In this document: positions 28,509 to 37,790 of the stretch, in pieces
How the letters are laid out: every line of letters starts with the position of its first letter
How positions within the stretch are numbered: position 1 is the first letter of the stretch
Virus record (IMG/VR): IMGVR_UViG_2521172628_000001
Coordinates: 16,261 to 80,260 of that record
Reading direction: 5' to 3' (one strand)
DNA length: 64,000 nt
DNA from: a virus
Lineage: Duplodnaviria; Caudoviricetes
Notes under the pieces: generated by a model
The model's database searches: none
What the model was told of the DNA's origin: nothing
Seen by the model: only the letters and a program-made list of their open reading frames with translations
Translations under genes and position numbers: made by a program

Positions 28509-28561
28509 CCGCTTCCCTGATTCCCGCCCGCCTCCCCCACCTGCCGCGCGACACTGCCCGC

Positions 28562-28753
28562 ATGACCCTTCGATACACGGTGCAGGGCGACACCGAGCAG
28601 GAGACGGCGGCCGGACTTCGGCTGCTGCTGACGCTGGGATTACAGCCGGCGATGCCGCCCCGGCAGCTGACCGACCAGCGGTGGATGGCGCGGGCCGTAC
28701 CGACTGAAGCCCCGGCCGGAGACGATCCCGGCCGGGGCTTCGACGTGCCTTAG
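28562..28753 (+). CDS. Small hypothetical protein with in-frame TTA
   Basis: 63 aa; TTA at 28640-28642. Confidence 0.55.
   Translation: MTLRYTVQGDTEQETAAGLRLLLTLGLQPAMPPRQLTDQRWMARAVPTEAPAGDDPGRGFDVP
28706..28741. terminator. Stem-loop
   Basis: 14-bp perfect inverted repeat GAAGCCCCGGCCGG. Confidence 0.6.
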
Positions 28754-28762
28754 ACGGGTTCG

Positions 28763-28879
28763 TCAGTCCTCCTCCGCCTGGTCGGTGGGGCCCTGCGTCC
28801 TGCGCGCGGTTCGATTCAGCAGGGACACGATCAACCCGAGGCAGGTCAGGACTCGTTCGGCGATTTCCAGAGCTTGCAT
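28763..28879 (-). CDS. 38-aa hydrophobic peptide
   Basis: AAGGAGG RBS; MQALEIAERVLTCLGLIVSLLNRTARRTQGPTDQAEED; absent from ORF track. Confidence 0.55.
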   Translation of the reverse strand: MQALEIAERVLTCLGLIVSLLNRTARRTQGPTDQAEED

Positions 28880-28980
28880 GAGTGAGTTCCTCCTTGACAG
28901 CAGAAAGACCCCACCGCTTTCGATGAGGTCTTGATGGGGCGCGACGGGAAGCGCCAGGCGGCACCGCGGCCAGCAAAGAC

Positions 28981-29003
28981 GCCCCCGCCGTATTGGCGGG
29001 GGC
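28981..29003 (-). terminator. Terminator ending the transfer-like operon
   Basis: GCCCCCGCC / GGCGGGGGC stem just after stop at 29020. Confidence 0.65.
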
Positions 29004-29019
29004 TTCTGGTTCTCCTCCC

Positions 29020-29466
29020 CTAGTGCCGGTTGGTGGTCTTGGACCAGACGGCCCGGGTCTGGGTGATGCGGGTGTCGTGGTGGACGGGCCCGGTGTACGT
29101 CTGGTGGATCTCAGTGGGTGCCGCTTCGCCGGCGCGGCGGATGAGCCGGGCGATCGCGAGGGTGAGGGCGGCGAGGCCGCCGAGGGATACGCCGATGACG
29201 GTGGGGTCGGCGAAGTCGGAGGCGATCATGACGATGCCGCCGCCTGTGCACACCATGAGCGACATCCCCCCGAAGGCGATCATGCGGACGCTGTCGTCGG
29301 TGGCCTTCTGGCTCATCGCCGGGCGTTCCGGGCGCGGCGCAGGGGGTGCGGTGCCGGTGCGCCTGGCTTCGTGGATGGCGTTGTCGATGGCGGCCTGGAT
29401 GACGGCGTCGGCGAGGGGGTTGGGGGCCTGCCCGGTCGTGGCGGGCGGCTCGGGCAGGTCATACAT
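29020..29466 (-). CDS. SpdD-like membrane protein
   Basis: Pro-rich N-term, two hydrophobic helices, EIHQTYTGPVHHD...W C-term as in Streptomyces spread-region proteins. Confidence 0.6.
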   Translation of the reverse strand: MYDLPEPPATTGQAPNPLADAVIQAAIDNAIHEARRTGTAPPAPRPERPAMSQKATDDSVRMIAFGGMSLMVCTGGGIVMIASDFADPTVIGVSLGGLAALTLAIARLIRRAGEAAPTEIHQTYTGPVHHDTRITQTRAVWSKTTNRH

Positions 29467-29489
29467 GGCGGGTGGGTTCCTTTCGGGGG

Positions 29490-30260
29490 TCAGGCGGCTT
29501 TGGGGGCTCTGCCGTTGCCGCGGCATTCGGGGCAGACGACGAGGATCTGTTCGCCGCCGAAAGCGCCGTGGAGTTTGCCGTTGCCGGAGCATTTCCAGCA
29601 CTTGCCGGCGGCGATGGCTTTGGCGGGCGCCATGCCCTTGTTCTTCTTGATCCACTGCTCGTCGGTGAGTCCGGAGTCGGTGACGACCTTCGACGGCATC
29701 GCCTCCTTCTCCTTCGGGCCGGCGGCGGGTGTGGCGGTGGCGGTCTGGGCGTACCAGGCGCCGCCGACGGTCTTGCCGCCGTGCTTGTTCCGTTCGTGGG
29801 TGCGCAGGGCTTTCGTGGCTTCGCGGGCGTCGCGGTAGCGGGGCTTTTCCTTCTTGCCGCAGGGGCAGGCCCAGCCGACGAGGCCGGTGCGCTTGTCGTT
29901 GAGCCGGGCCGCCTTGTTGATCTCCCAGCGGGAGACTGTCTCCTTCGTGGCGGGTGCGGGGCAGGGCTTGGAGCCGGTGAAGGATCCGTCCTTGCCCTTG
30001 GTGAAGATCTGCCCGTTGCCGTGGCATTTGGGGCAGCCTTCGTGGGTGGCGCGGAGGATGGCGGCGTCCTTGCGGGAGCGCAGGACGTCTTGGTGGTCGG
30101 CGAACCGGGTGACGACCCTGAGGGCCATCCAGGCGCCGAGGCGGGCGTGTAGCGGGCCGCGGCGGGGGATCTTGACGCGGGATACGGGGCGGCGGCTTCG
30201 GGTGGCGGTCGTGCGGCGCGCCGGGGCCTTCCGGCGGGTCGCGGTGCGCGTTGCGGCCAT
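29490..30260 (-). CDS. Basic protein with CxxCxGxG zinc-finger motifs
   Basis: CPKCHGNG, CWKCSGNG, CPECRGNG. Confidence 0.7.
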   Translation of the reverse strand: MAATRTATRRKAPARRTTATRSRRPVSRVKIPRRGPLHARLGAWMALRVVTRFADHQDVLRSRKDAAILRATHEGCPKCHGNGQIFTKGKDGSFTGSKPCPAPATKETVSRWEINKAARLNDKRTGLVGWACPCGKKEKPRYRDAREATKALRTHERNKHGGKTVGGAWYAQTATATPAAGPKEKEAMPSKVVTDSGLTDEQWIKKNKGMAPAKAIAAGKCWKCSGNGKLHGAFGGEQILVVCPECRGNGRAPKAA

Positions 30261-30305
30261 GAACGGGACTCCTCAGGCGAGTGATCGATTTGTTGCGGTT
30301 TGCGA

Positions 30306-30460
30306 GGTGCTCAATGGGTGCTCACGGCTGCTCCGTTGCAGGTCAGGGCTGCTCAGTGACCTGCTCAATGGGTGCTCAAGATCTTGTTGAGCAGTTAGCT
30401 GAGCAGCGGGTTGAGCGGCTCTGACCTGCGGTTGAGCAGCGCTGAGCACCTCTTGAGCAG
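30306..30460. repeat. Mirror-symmetric array of 12 TGCTCA/TGAGCA-type boxes (candidate clt)
   Basis: 6 boxes at 30308/19/29/50/62/73 and 6 inverted at 30388/400/412/433/443/454; GCAGGTCAG and CTGACCTGC at symmetric positions. Confidence 0.85.
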
Positions 30461-30468
30461 GGAATTTT

Positions 30469-32481
30469 CTAGGTCAAAGCGGTCAGGGCTTCGAGCTTGA
30501 AGCCGCGCGGATTGTTCTCGCCGTTCAGGTAGCCGAGCGTCACGGGAGACCCAGCCCCGGCGTCCTTCAGCAGCTTGCGAAGCTCGGCCGCACCAAGGTC
30601 GCCGTACAGCTCCGGGTTGAGATCACCCAGTGCCTCGGTGAGCGTCTCGGTCTTCATCCGGTCCACGCCCGCATCGGCCATGACCTCGATCGCATCGAGC
30701 ACGATCTGCCGATCGCCGGAGATCCGCTTCGACTCCGCTCCCCCGTCGGCGAGATGCAGCAGTCCAGCCGCCTGAAGCGTGTCGCGGTCGAACCACGGCC
30801 GGCCTGCGGCGACCCGGTCGGCGACGGCCCGCTTGATGCCGTCCCGGGAGTGCTCGTTCCACCCGTACAGCAGCGGGCGGTCGAGCCCCGGGCCCTTGAT
30901 GTAGGACTGGCCGGCGTCGTTCTTGATGTCCTTGTTCTGGGCGGGCACCAGGCGGTCGGGGCGGTAGCCCTTCGCTGCGGACCCCTGGCCGAAGACGATG
31001 CGGATGTCGTCCCAGCGGGCGGCCAGCATGACCCTGAGAGTGAAGGAGTCGGCGATCGCGTCCCCCATGGCCTCGCTCGTAGCGTCCTGACCTGCTGCAA
31101 TCGGATAGATCCCGGACTGCTTGGCCAGGCGCAGCAGTTCGATGAACAGCTCCTTCGCCTTGGGGCTGAGGTAGATGAACTCGTCTACGAACGGGAAGAT
31201 CGCCGGATGCTCGCGGGTGGGGATCCACGTGTCGCCCATGTCGAGCCGGTTCCGCACGGTGTTGCGGGCCGTGGCCATCTTGACCAGGTAGCCGAGCCAC
31301 TCCTCGCACGCCTTGTTGCCGCGGATCGGAGGCGTGGCCATGACGCCCTCAAACTCGCGCAGCCCGTCCTTGACGGGATCCAGGTCGAGGCCGATCGCGT
31401 TGTGGCAGGCGGTGATGACCTCGGCAAGGTCGCGGAGCACGCCGGTGGTCTTGGCCGCGCCAGACACTCCGATGACGAGAATCCGCAGGCCCTCCAGGAC
31501 CAGATCGAGCGGGGATCCGTCCATGCAGCGACCGAAGTTGTGCGCCTCGGTGATGTCGAGACTGTTCGGGGCGTGAATCGCCGGCTTCGTCATGGCCTCG
31601 AACGGGTTGCCGGTGACGAGACGCAGCACGATGTGCGCGGACTCGGCCGGGTCGGGGTCGATGAGCGTGCCGCCCTGCTTGATGTTGAAGTGGGAGTCCA
31701 GCTGCTCGGCGACCGCGTTGACCTTGCCGGGGGTGGAGCCCTTGAGGACGACGTCGATCTCCCAGAACTTGCCGCGGAAGCCAAGCGCGCGCACCGCACG
31801 GGTGCCGATGCCTTCGTAGGCGAGCGCCCGTGACACGCACTCCTCGACCTGGTCGGGCGACTGGGCGAGGGCGAGCGGGAACGGCTCGTCGCTGTTGGGG
31901 TCGTCCTGCTCGGCGATGATCTGCTGGGGGGCGAGGCCCGGGTTGTTGATCCGGTAGCGGCCGTAGATGGCGACTGCGGCGGCGGCGACTGCGGCGGTGA
32001 GGCTGGGCGGGATCTTCCACGACCAGTCGGCGGCGGTCATGCCGGCGAACTTCACGAGCGCCCACCAGCCGGCCAGGTTGAGCCCGGCGACGGCGGCGGC
32101 GGACCAGCCGAGGAACCGCCACCGCTTCTTGCGGATGATGTCGACCTTGTTCCAGTCGGCGCCGCGGGACATGCCGCCCAGCACCTCTTGGAGGTCGTGG
32201 GCGCGCACGTACCGCCAGCCGAGGACTCCGACCGCCTTCAGGCCGGCGCCGAAGTAGCGGACGGACAGGCCGGAGAAGCGGGCGGTCTTCGCGACGGCGA
32301 CCATCGCGGCCCCGCCCGTCTTCGTCAGCACGGGCAGGCGCGGCTCGTAGGGGACGACGATGCCGGGAGCGATGTCGTCGACGTCCTCGCCGGACAGGTC
32401 GTCGGGCACGAGCAGCTCGCCGGGGATCACCTTGCTGGTATCCCAGTCGGCGGGGAACTCGGGGTGCTGGTCGAGGCTCAT
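30469..32481 (-). CDS. TraB/TraSA-like FtsK-SpoIIIE DNA translocase
   Basis: N-terminal TM pair, Walker A-like GVSGAAKT, Walker B FVDE, C-terminal RMKTETL..LYG..NPRGF wHTH-like domain. Confidence 0.8.
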   Translation of the reverse strand: MSLDQHPEFPADWDTSKVIPGELLVPDDLSGEDVDDIAPGIVVPYEPRLPVLTKTGGAAMVAVAKTARFSGLSVRYFGAGLKAVGVLGWRYVRAHDLQEVLGGMSRGADWNKVDIIRKKRWRFLGWSAAAVAGLNLAGWWALVKFAGMTAADWSWKIPPSLTAAVAAAAVAIYGRYRINNPGLAPQQIIAEQDDPNSDEPFPLALAQSPDQVEECVSRALAYEGIGTRAVRALGFRGKFWEIDVVLKGSTPGKVNAVAEQLDSHFNIKQGGTLIDPDPAESAHIVLRLVTGNPFEAMTKPAIHAPNSLDITEAHNFGRCMDGSPLDLVLEGLRILVIGVSGAAKTTGVLRDLAEVITACHNAIGLDLDPVKDGLREFEGVMATPPIRGNKACEEWLGYLVKMATARNTVRNRLDMGDTWIPTREHPAIFPFVDEFIYLSPKAKELFIELLRLAKQSGIYPIAAGQDATSEAMGDAIADSFTLRVMLAARWDDIRIVFGQGSAAKGYRPDRLVPAQNKDIKNDAGQSYIKGPGLDRPLLYGWNEHSRDGIKRAVADRVAAGRPWFDRDTLQAAGLLHLADGGAESKRISGDRQIVLDAIEVMADAGVDRMKTETLTEALGDLNPELYGDLGAAELRKLLKDAGAGSPVTLGYLNGENNPRGFKLEALTALT

Positions 32482-33827
32482 GACTCGTCCTTCTGGCGGG
32501 TGTTCGCGGCGCGCTTGGCGTCGGCTGCGAGGGTTCGAGCGACGGGGTGGAACTTGGGTGTGTCGTTGCGCTTACGGCGGGGCGGAACGGGCCGGTAGGA
32601 GGAGGCACTTCGGGCCGCCTTCACTTGGATCGCACGCTGCGCGTTTGTGGTCTTGCTGAGAGTGTTCACAGGGGTGCCGGAGAGGGCTGCTTCAACGCGC
32701 GCCTCGGCCTTGCGGCGGGAGCTGATGGACTCGATGGACTCACCCGGGTCGCAGCCCTGGATGTTGCGGTAGGCGCGCGCCCAGACGGCCTCGGTGACGG
32801 TCACCTCGCCGACGGCCGCAGCGATCTTCTCGGCCTCGTCCCACACCTCCGGGAACTCCTCAGCGCGGGCGGCGGCCAGCATCTCGGCGGCTTCCTTCGC
32901 GGCCTGATCGGCGGCTTCCTTCTCGGAGCCCTTCCGGTCCTCCTCGGCCGCTTTCGCCGCGGCCTCCGCCTTGGCCGCCTTCTTGGCCGCCGCACGCTCG
33001 CGCCGGGTGAGCACGCCCTCCCGCTTGCGGAGTCGCCCGTTCTCGTGGAGGTCCCACACGCCGGGGCCAGCGATGGAGGCGAACGCGGTCGCAACAGCGG
33101 TGCCGGGGTCGAAGGAGTGGAGGCCGTGGTAGAGGTTCACGCCGGCCGCGAGGAAGGCGAGCAGCCACACGATGGTCCGGTAGTGCCACACCGGGCGCCT
33201 GGAGACGGCTGCCGCGCGGGCTCCGCGGTGAACAACCCAGGCCGCACCTTCGAGCATGATCGGGGCAGCTGCCATCCATGGAGCCTTCGGGTTCCAGAAG
33301 AACGACATCTGGACGGGCAGGGAGACGATGCCGCAGACGATCGCGAACTTGATCGCATAGGACCGCCACTTGTCGTCGGCCGCCTGAATCTCAGCCGCTG
33401 CGGCGGCCTCGGCGGCCTGCTGCTCCTCGACCTCGCGAGCCTCTTCCCACTGGGCACGCTCGGCGGCGGCCCTACGCCGGTTGTTCTCGGCGATCCGGGC
33501 GTCGGATGCCGATGCGGCTTCGCGGTCCTTGCGCTCCTGCCGGTCGTTGGCGAGCCGGGCCTTGCGGGCATTCTCCTCGGCCTCTGCGCGGATGGCGTCG
33601 GCCTCCGCCCGAGCCTTGATCAGGCGCTCTTCCTTGGCAGCCTCCGCGGCAACGCGCCGCTCTTCGGCTTCGGCCCACGCCTTGGCGCGCGCGACCTCGG
33701 CGTCAACGGCCGGCTCGGGCTGGGGGGTGCGCTGTTCCTCGGCGGGTTCGGGTGTGGCGGGCCGCCAGTCCCCGAGTACGGGCATGGTCGGCCTCTTGTG
33801 GCCGTTCAGGGGCGGGCTGGCGGTCAT
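32478..33827 (-). CDS. DUF2637/Spd-like coiled-coil membrane protein
   Basis: Coiled coil, 4 TM segments, coiled coil; ATGA-coupled to TraB-like gene. Confidence 0.7.
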   Translation of the reverse strand: MTASPPLNGHKRPTMPVLGDWRPATPEPAEEQRTPQPEPAVDAEVARAKAWAEAEERRVAAEAAKEERLIKARAEADAIRAEAEENARKARLANDRQERKDREAASASDARIAENNRRRAAAERAQWEEAREVEEQQAAEAAAAAEIQAADDKWRSYAIKFAIVCGIVSLPVQMSFFWNPKAPWMAAAPIMLEGAAWVVHRGARAAAVSRRPVWHYRTIVWLLAFLAAGVNLYHGLHSFDPGTAVATAFASIAGPGVWDLHENGRLRKREGVLTRRERAAAKKAAKAEAAAKAAEEDRKGSEKEAADQAAKEAAEMLAAARAEEFPEVWDEAEKIAAAVGEVTVTEAVWARAYRNIQGCDPGESIESISSRRKAEARVEAALSGTPVNTLSKTTNAQRAIQVKAARSASSYRPVPPRRKRNDTPKFHPVARTLAADAKRAANTRQKDES

Positions 33828-33851
33828 GGTGGTTCGGTGTCCTTTCGTTGA

Positions 33852-34046
33852 TCAGCGGGAGCGGCGGCGGGTGGACCTGTATCCGAAGGGGCCGGGAAGG
33901 TCGACCGAGGTGGTGGTGCGGCCAGTGCTGGACCAGGTGCGCTTCGGCCCGTTGCGCGGGCCGACGGTGATCGACCACGACTTGGCGTTGACGTTGATGC
34001 GGACGCCGGGCAGGACCCGGAAGCTCTTGCGGAACGTGATCGGCAT
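33852..34046 (-). CDS. DUF4236 family protein
   Basis: MPITFRKSFRVLPGVRINVN..S.TVG signature. Confidence 0.8.
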   Translation of the reverse strand: MPITFRKSFRVLPGVRINVNAKSWSITVGPRNGPKRTWSSTGRTTTSVDLPGPFGYRSTRRRSR

Positions 34047-34051
34047 TGCGG

Positions 34052-34318
34052 TCACCGCTTCCCGAAGCGGCCGTTGCCGAGGACGCTGAAGGACCGCATT
34101 GCACTGCCGCCGTTGTCGTCGGTGCGCTCGACGAGAACGTGGCCAGAGCGGCGCTCCACGCTCCAGCCGCGGCGCTCGTACTCGCGCAGCTCGGCCTCAC
34201 CGATCGTGCTGTGGTCGACCGGCTGCTGCCGGGCCGCGCGACGCTCACGCCGGGTCGGCGGGGTGCCAGTGGCGTCAGGTGTGTCGGACTGCGGGTACTT
34301 CGGTGTGAACCAGCCCAT
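34052..34318 (-). CDS. Hypothetical protein
   Basis: GAGGAG RBS. Confidence 0.65.
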   Translation of the reverse strand: MGWFTPKYPQSDTPDATGTPPTRRERRAARQQPVDHSTIGEAELREYERRGWSVERRSGHVLVERTDDNGGSAMRSFSVLGNGRFGKR

Positions 34319-34335
34319 GACGGGCTCCTCTCAGG

Positions 34336-34632
34336 TCAGGCGGGCGCGCCGGTGCGCGCACGGTGGAATTCACGGATGAACTCGTCTGTCAGGCCGGAGC
34401 CGACCGCCGCCCCGACCGGCCCGATGCCGGTCACGGAGGCGGCCCACAACTCCAGCCACGCGGCCCTGGTCGCCACGTAGTTGACGATCGGCCGGGCGCA
34501 GCGCACGGTCAGGACGACGGCGCCGAGCCCGGCCATCACCGCCAGGGCGAGGGCCTTCAGCGCCCACCGGCCGGCCTGAACGGCGGCACGATGGAGCCGA
34601 CCGGGCTTCGCGGTGATCAGATACGGGCGCAT
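34336..34632 (-). CDS. Hypothetical membrane protein
   Basis: MRPYLITAKP; one hydrophobic helix. Confidence 0.65.
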   Translation of the reverse strand: MRPYLITAKPGRLHRAAVQAGRWALKALALAVMAGLGAVVLTVRCARPIVNYVATRAAWLELWAASVTGIGPVGAAVGSGLTDEFIREFHRARTGAPA

Positions 34633-34770
34633 GAAGGCCTCTCTCGGGGCTGGTGCGGAGTGGCAATGCTGCTGGTCGTGCAGGGCGCCGCACCAGCGAT
34701 GCGGTCCCCGGCAAGGCCAGGAGGTGCCGGGCGGGGCAGGGGGATGGACCCCGCCCGGCGGATCAGGGGG

Positions 34771-34965
34771 TCAGGACGCGGTGACGCGGAGATGGCGGCG
34801 GAGACGAACGTCCTGGCCCTGCCGGGAGCCGTCCGGGGTGGGATGCCGCCCATTCCAGTCGTCGTCACCCGGGCCGGCGCCCTGCCAGGCGCGGGACGGC
34901 TTCGGGCCGCGCGAGTCATCGGTACGGGCCACACCGCCCTGCTGCGTGTTCCGCCAGGCGGCCAT
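34771..34965 (-). CDS. Hypothetical protein
   Basis: TGATG coupling. Confidence 0.55.
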   Translation of the reverse strand: MAAWRNTQQGGVARTDDSRGPKPSRAWQGAGPGDDDWNGRHPTPDGSRQGQDVRLRRHLRVTAS

Positions 34966-35174
34966 CAGGCGGCGGCCGGGTAGTCGAAGCCGTCGAGCTG
35001 CGCCTGCAGCTCCGGGTCGGCGGCGAGGCGGATCTCCGCCCGGCGGGCCCGGCTGGCAGCCGCGTACTCGGCGAACAGGTCGGAGATCGACAGCGCCGTC
35101 GGGACGAAGACGCGCGCACGCTCGGCACCGCCCGTCAGCGTGGCGTGGTCGGCGGAGAACAGGTACGGGGACAT
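34965..35174 (-). CDS. Hypothetical protein
   Basis: AAAGGA RBS. Confidence 0.65.
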   Translation of the reverse strand: MSPYLFSADHATLTGGAERARVFVPTALSISDLFAEYAAASRARRAEIRLAADPELQAQLDGFDYPAAA

Positions 35175-35219
35175 GACGGGGTCCTTTCAGGACGTGGGGG
35201 TGCAATGGGGTAGGGCGGG

Positions 35220-35396
35220 TCAGTTGATCTGGACGTAGGTGACGGTGCGGCTGACGTCGAAGTTGACGATCGAGTCGCAGTTGCCGCACTGGAAGCCGCA
35301 GCGGTACTTGTCCATCGCGGCGTCGCAACAGCGCGGGGTCTCGGCGAGGCCGAGCTCGTCACCCTCGTCCAGGGCGCTGATGTCGATCTGAGACAC
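35220..35396 (-). CDS. Small zinc-ribbon protein
   Basis: PRCCD..CGFQCGNC; GAGGAG RBS. Confidence 0.6.
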   Translation of the reverse strand: MSQIDISALDEGDELGLAETPRCCDAAMDKYRCGFQCGNCDSIVNFDVSRTVTYVQIN

Positions 35397-35514
35397 GGCT
35401 GATCTCCTCGGTTGGTCATGCCGGGATGGGTGGACTGACGCTGGTCTGGCTAGGAGGCCGCCCCGTCGGGGGTGGTCGGAGCGGCCTTCGAGCCGGGCCA
35501 GGGCCCGGGGCGGG

Positions 35515-35721
35515 TCAGTAGCCGGTGCGGTTGAGGGCGGCGCTGGACTCGCGGGCCGCGTCGGCCACCTCGCGGAGACTGGCGGCGGTGCCGCGCTGGA
35601 TGTCGGCGGCGATGTCGTGGCCCTGGGAGTCGAGGTCGGCGGCGACTCGCTCCAGGCCGTTCGCGTAGCCGTCGTACTCGGCGGCGATCGCTGCACGCTG
35701 CTCAGCGGTGTAACGGGGCAT
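35515..35721 (-). CDS. Hypothetical protein
   Basis: GAGGAG RBS. Confidence 0.65.
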   Translation of the reverse strand: MPRYTAEQRAAIAAEYDGYANGLERVAADLDSQGHDIAADIQRGTAASLREVADAARESSAALNRTGY

Positions 35722-35893
35722 GGCGGGACTCCTCGGGAAGGTAGGGGTGGGGCGGGGGTGGGATGCCTCGGTGGCGGGACTGGGGGATTGTCGGACCGCC
35801 ACCGAGGCGGTCTATGGGGTCAGCGGGTGGGGTGCTCGCTGCGGTCGTTGACCTCGCGCAGGCGGCGCATCATCCGCTCGTAGTCGGCGGCAC

Positions 35894-36067
35894 TCACTGC
35901 TGCTCGCCGTCCTGGTCCGGCACGACGACCAGGAACCGGTCGGAGCGGATCTCGGCAACCACCGTCGCGGGAACACCTGCGTCACGGAACTGCTGCGCCT
36001 GCTCCTCCGCCGGACGACTGCCGCGAGGATGACCCATCGGGGAGGTGGCGAGGATGCGGCGGCTCAT
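35894..36067 (-). CDS. Hypothetical protein
   Basis: ATGA coupling. Confidence 0.6.
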   Translation of the reverse strand: MSRRILATSPMGHPRGSRPAEEQAQQFRDAGVPATVVAEIRSDRFLVVVPDQDGEQQ

Positions 36068-36519
36068 CGCGCAACCTCGACGAGGTCGAGCCGTCCGGCG
36101 GCCTTCAGCCGGCACAGGCAGTCCCGCATCTCGTCCTGCGCGGACAAGCAGCGCTCGATGTTCCCGGCCTGGGAGGCGGCCGAGCAGCGGGCCGAGGCGT
36201 CCCGGTAGCGGGTCGCGGCCTCGAAGGGGGCGATCAAGTCCAGGCGGCCCGCGGCACCCAGCGTCAAGACCGACTCGACGACCGTGTCGTGCGCCGCCTT
36301 GAACGAGTCGAACTCCGCCGGCGACCACTGCGAAGCGGGCTTCCCGGCCAGCTCGTCGCGCCGGGCCGACGCCGCTTCGAAACGGCGCACCGCACGGACG
36401 ATCGGGAGCGGGAGCGGGGCGGTACAGACGTAGGACGCCGCGTCGTGGGCCTTGCGGTCGGCCAAGGACATGCCCTGGTCGTCGGCGCTCTGGGGCGCCG
36501 GTACGATCTGCGTAGCCAT
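36064..36519 (-). CDS. Hypothetical protein with duplicated AAGRLDL motif
   Basis: First gene of the transfer-like operon. Confidence 0.65.
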   Translation of the reverse strand: MATQIVPAPQSADDQGMSLADRKAHDAASYVCTAPLPLPIVRAVRRFEAASARRDELAGKPASQWSPAEFDSFKAAHDTVVESVLTLGAAGRLDLIAPFEAATRYRDASARCSAASQAGNIERCLSAQDEMRDCLCRLKAAGRLDLVEVAR

Positions 36520-36654
36520 GAGGGGACCCTTCAGAGATTCCTCGTGGTTAGGCCCTGGCCTGGGAGTGGAGTCCCGGTGCTGGGGCCGTCTTCGTTTGTG
36601 GGGTGCGGCCTGTGGAGCGGTCGCTGAAGCTTCGGGCGGTGGAGCGCCGTTCGC

Positions 36655-36734
36655 TTCAACACCATCCTGAAGCCAGTCTGAGGCTCTGTCAACACCCTCT
36701 TGAGAACTGGCGTGTTGACTTCTACTCTGAGCTC
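36655..36734. promoter_or_regulatory. Divergent promoter/operator region
   Basis: TTGAGA-17-TACTCT (36700-36728) 6 nt before ATG 36735; GTCAACAC/GTGTTGAC inverted repeat and TCAACACC direct repeat. Confidence 0.6.
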
Positions 36735-37070
36735 ATGACAGATGCGTTCGCGGAGTCCCTGGAGGCGAAAGTCGCCCAAGTTGAAGCCATAGACGACCTG
36801 CTCGCGCGAGGCCGCGCCGCGATCGAGGCCCGCCAGTTGCTGGCGGTCAGCGACCGCGATCTCTACGCGATTCAGCAGGCCGCCTTGCAAGGACTGCGTG
36901 AGGGACGCACGTGGGCGCAGGTGGGCGAACTGTTCGGGCGCACACATGCCTGGGCAGAAGCCATCGCCAAGGGGCGCAGCGCGAAGCGGGGAAAGACTGA
37001 CCATGCCGCCGAGTCAACGCCTCGCGCGGGCGCGGCAGAAGGACGTGACCCCGACATCGATCAGTCGTAA
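36735..37070 (+). CDS. HTH regulator (leaderless)
   Basis: GRTWAQVGELFGRTHAWAEAIA. Confidence 0.75.
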   Translation: MTDAFAESLEAKVAQVEAIDDLLARGRAAIEARQLLAVSDRDLYAIQQAALQGLREGRTWAQVGELFGRTHAWAEAIAKGRSAKRGKTDHAAESTPRAGAAEGRDPDIDQS

Positions 37071-37151
37071 CAGCAGCACCTAGACACGGCGGCGCCACCG
37101 AGTGGACACCGCCACGCCAGACCCGAGCGCAGCGAGCACGGGAGCAGCAGA

Positions 37152-37790
37152 GTGGATGTCGTCGGCACCTGGACAGGCCGATCAGCATGCCTCCTCCAAG
37201 AGGCGATGCGGATGACGAACGAGGCGTTCGGCGAACGCCTCGGGATCTCTCCCCGCACTATCACCCGGTGGCATCAGGCGCCGGAGATGACCCATCGAAT
37301 CGAGGTCCAGCAGATCCTCGACACGGCATACGAGCAGGCAGGTGAGGCGGTGCAGCGACGGTTCGCGCTTCTCATGAGGCCCGCCGAGCCGCGCGTGACC
37401 GCGCAGGCCCTGCGGGTAGCGATAGCCGTCGTGCTGCGCGGAAATGATGTGCTGCTGGTTTGCCGGCGCGGGGACGGCGAGCTGCGCTGGCAGTTCCCGG
37501 CCGGCATGGTCAAGCCGGGCGCCACACCGGAAACGGTCGCCGTCCAGGAGACACACGGCGAGACGGGCGTGCACTGCATCATCCGCGAGCAGCTGGGTGA
37601 ACGCGTCCACCCGGTTACCGGTGTCGTCGCGGCGTACTTCCTCGCCGATCACCTGGCGGGCGAGGCGCGAAACCTCGACCCGCTGGAGAACGTCGACGTG
37701 ACGTGGGTGCCGCGTTCGGCGCTGACCCGGTTCATTCCGCAAGACCAGATCTTCCCGCCGATCCTGAGCGCCTTGGAGGCCATCGCATGA
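37152..37790 (+). CDS. XRE-type HTH - Nudix hydrolase fusion
   Basis: TNEAFGERLGISPRTITRW plus WQFPAGMVKPG..AVQETHGETG. Confidence 0.85.
   Translation: MDVVGTWTGRSACLLQEAMRMTNEAFGERLGISPRTITRWHQAPEMTHRIEVQQILDTAYEQAGEAVQRRFALLMRPAEPRVTAQALRVAIAVVLRGNDVLLVCRRGDGELRWQFPAGMVKPGATPETVAVQETHGETGVHCIIREQLGERVHPVTGVVAAYFLADHLAGEARNLDPLENVDVTWVPRSALTRFIPQDQIFPPILSALEAIA

Noticed and set aside
30306-30460. Possible CRISPR array
   Set aside because: Repeats are 6-9 bp with spacers of a few bp and inverted symmetry; no cas genes
35820-35897. 25-aa coupled ORF (VSAADYERMMRRLREVNDRSEHPTR)
   Set aside because: Plausible but too short to support without conservation data
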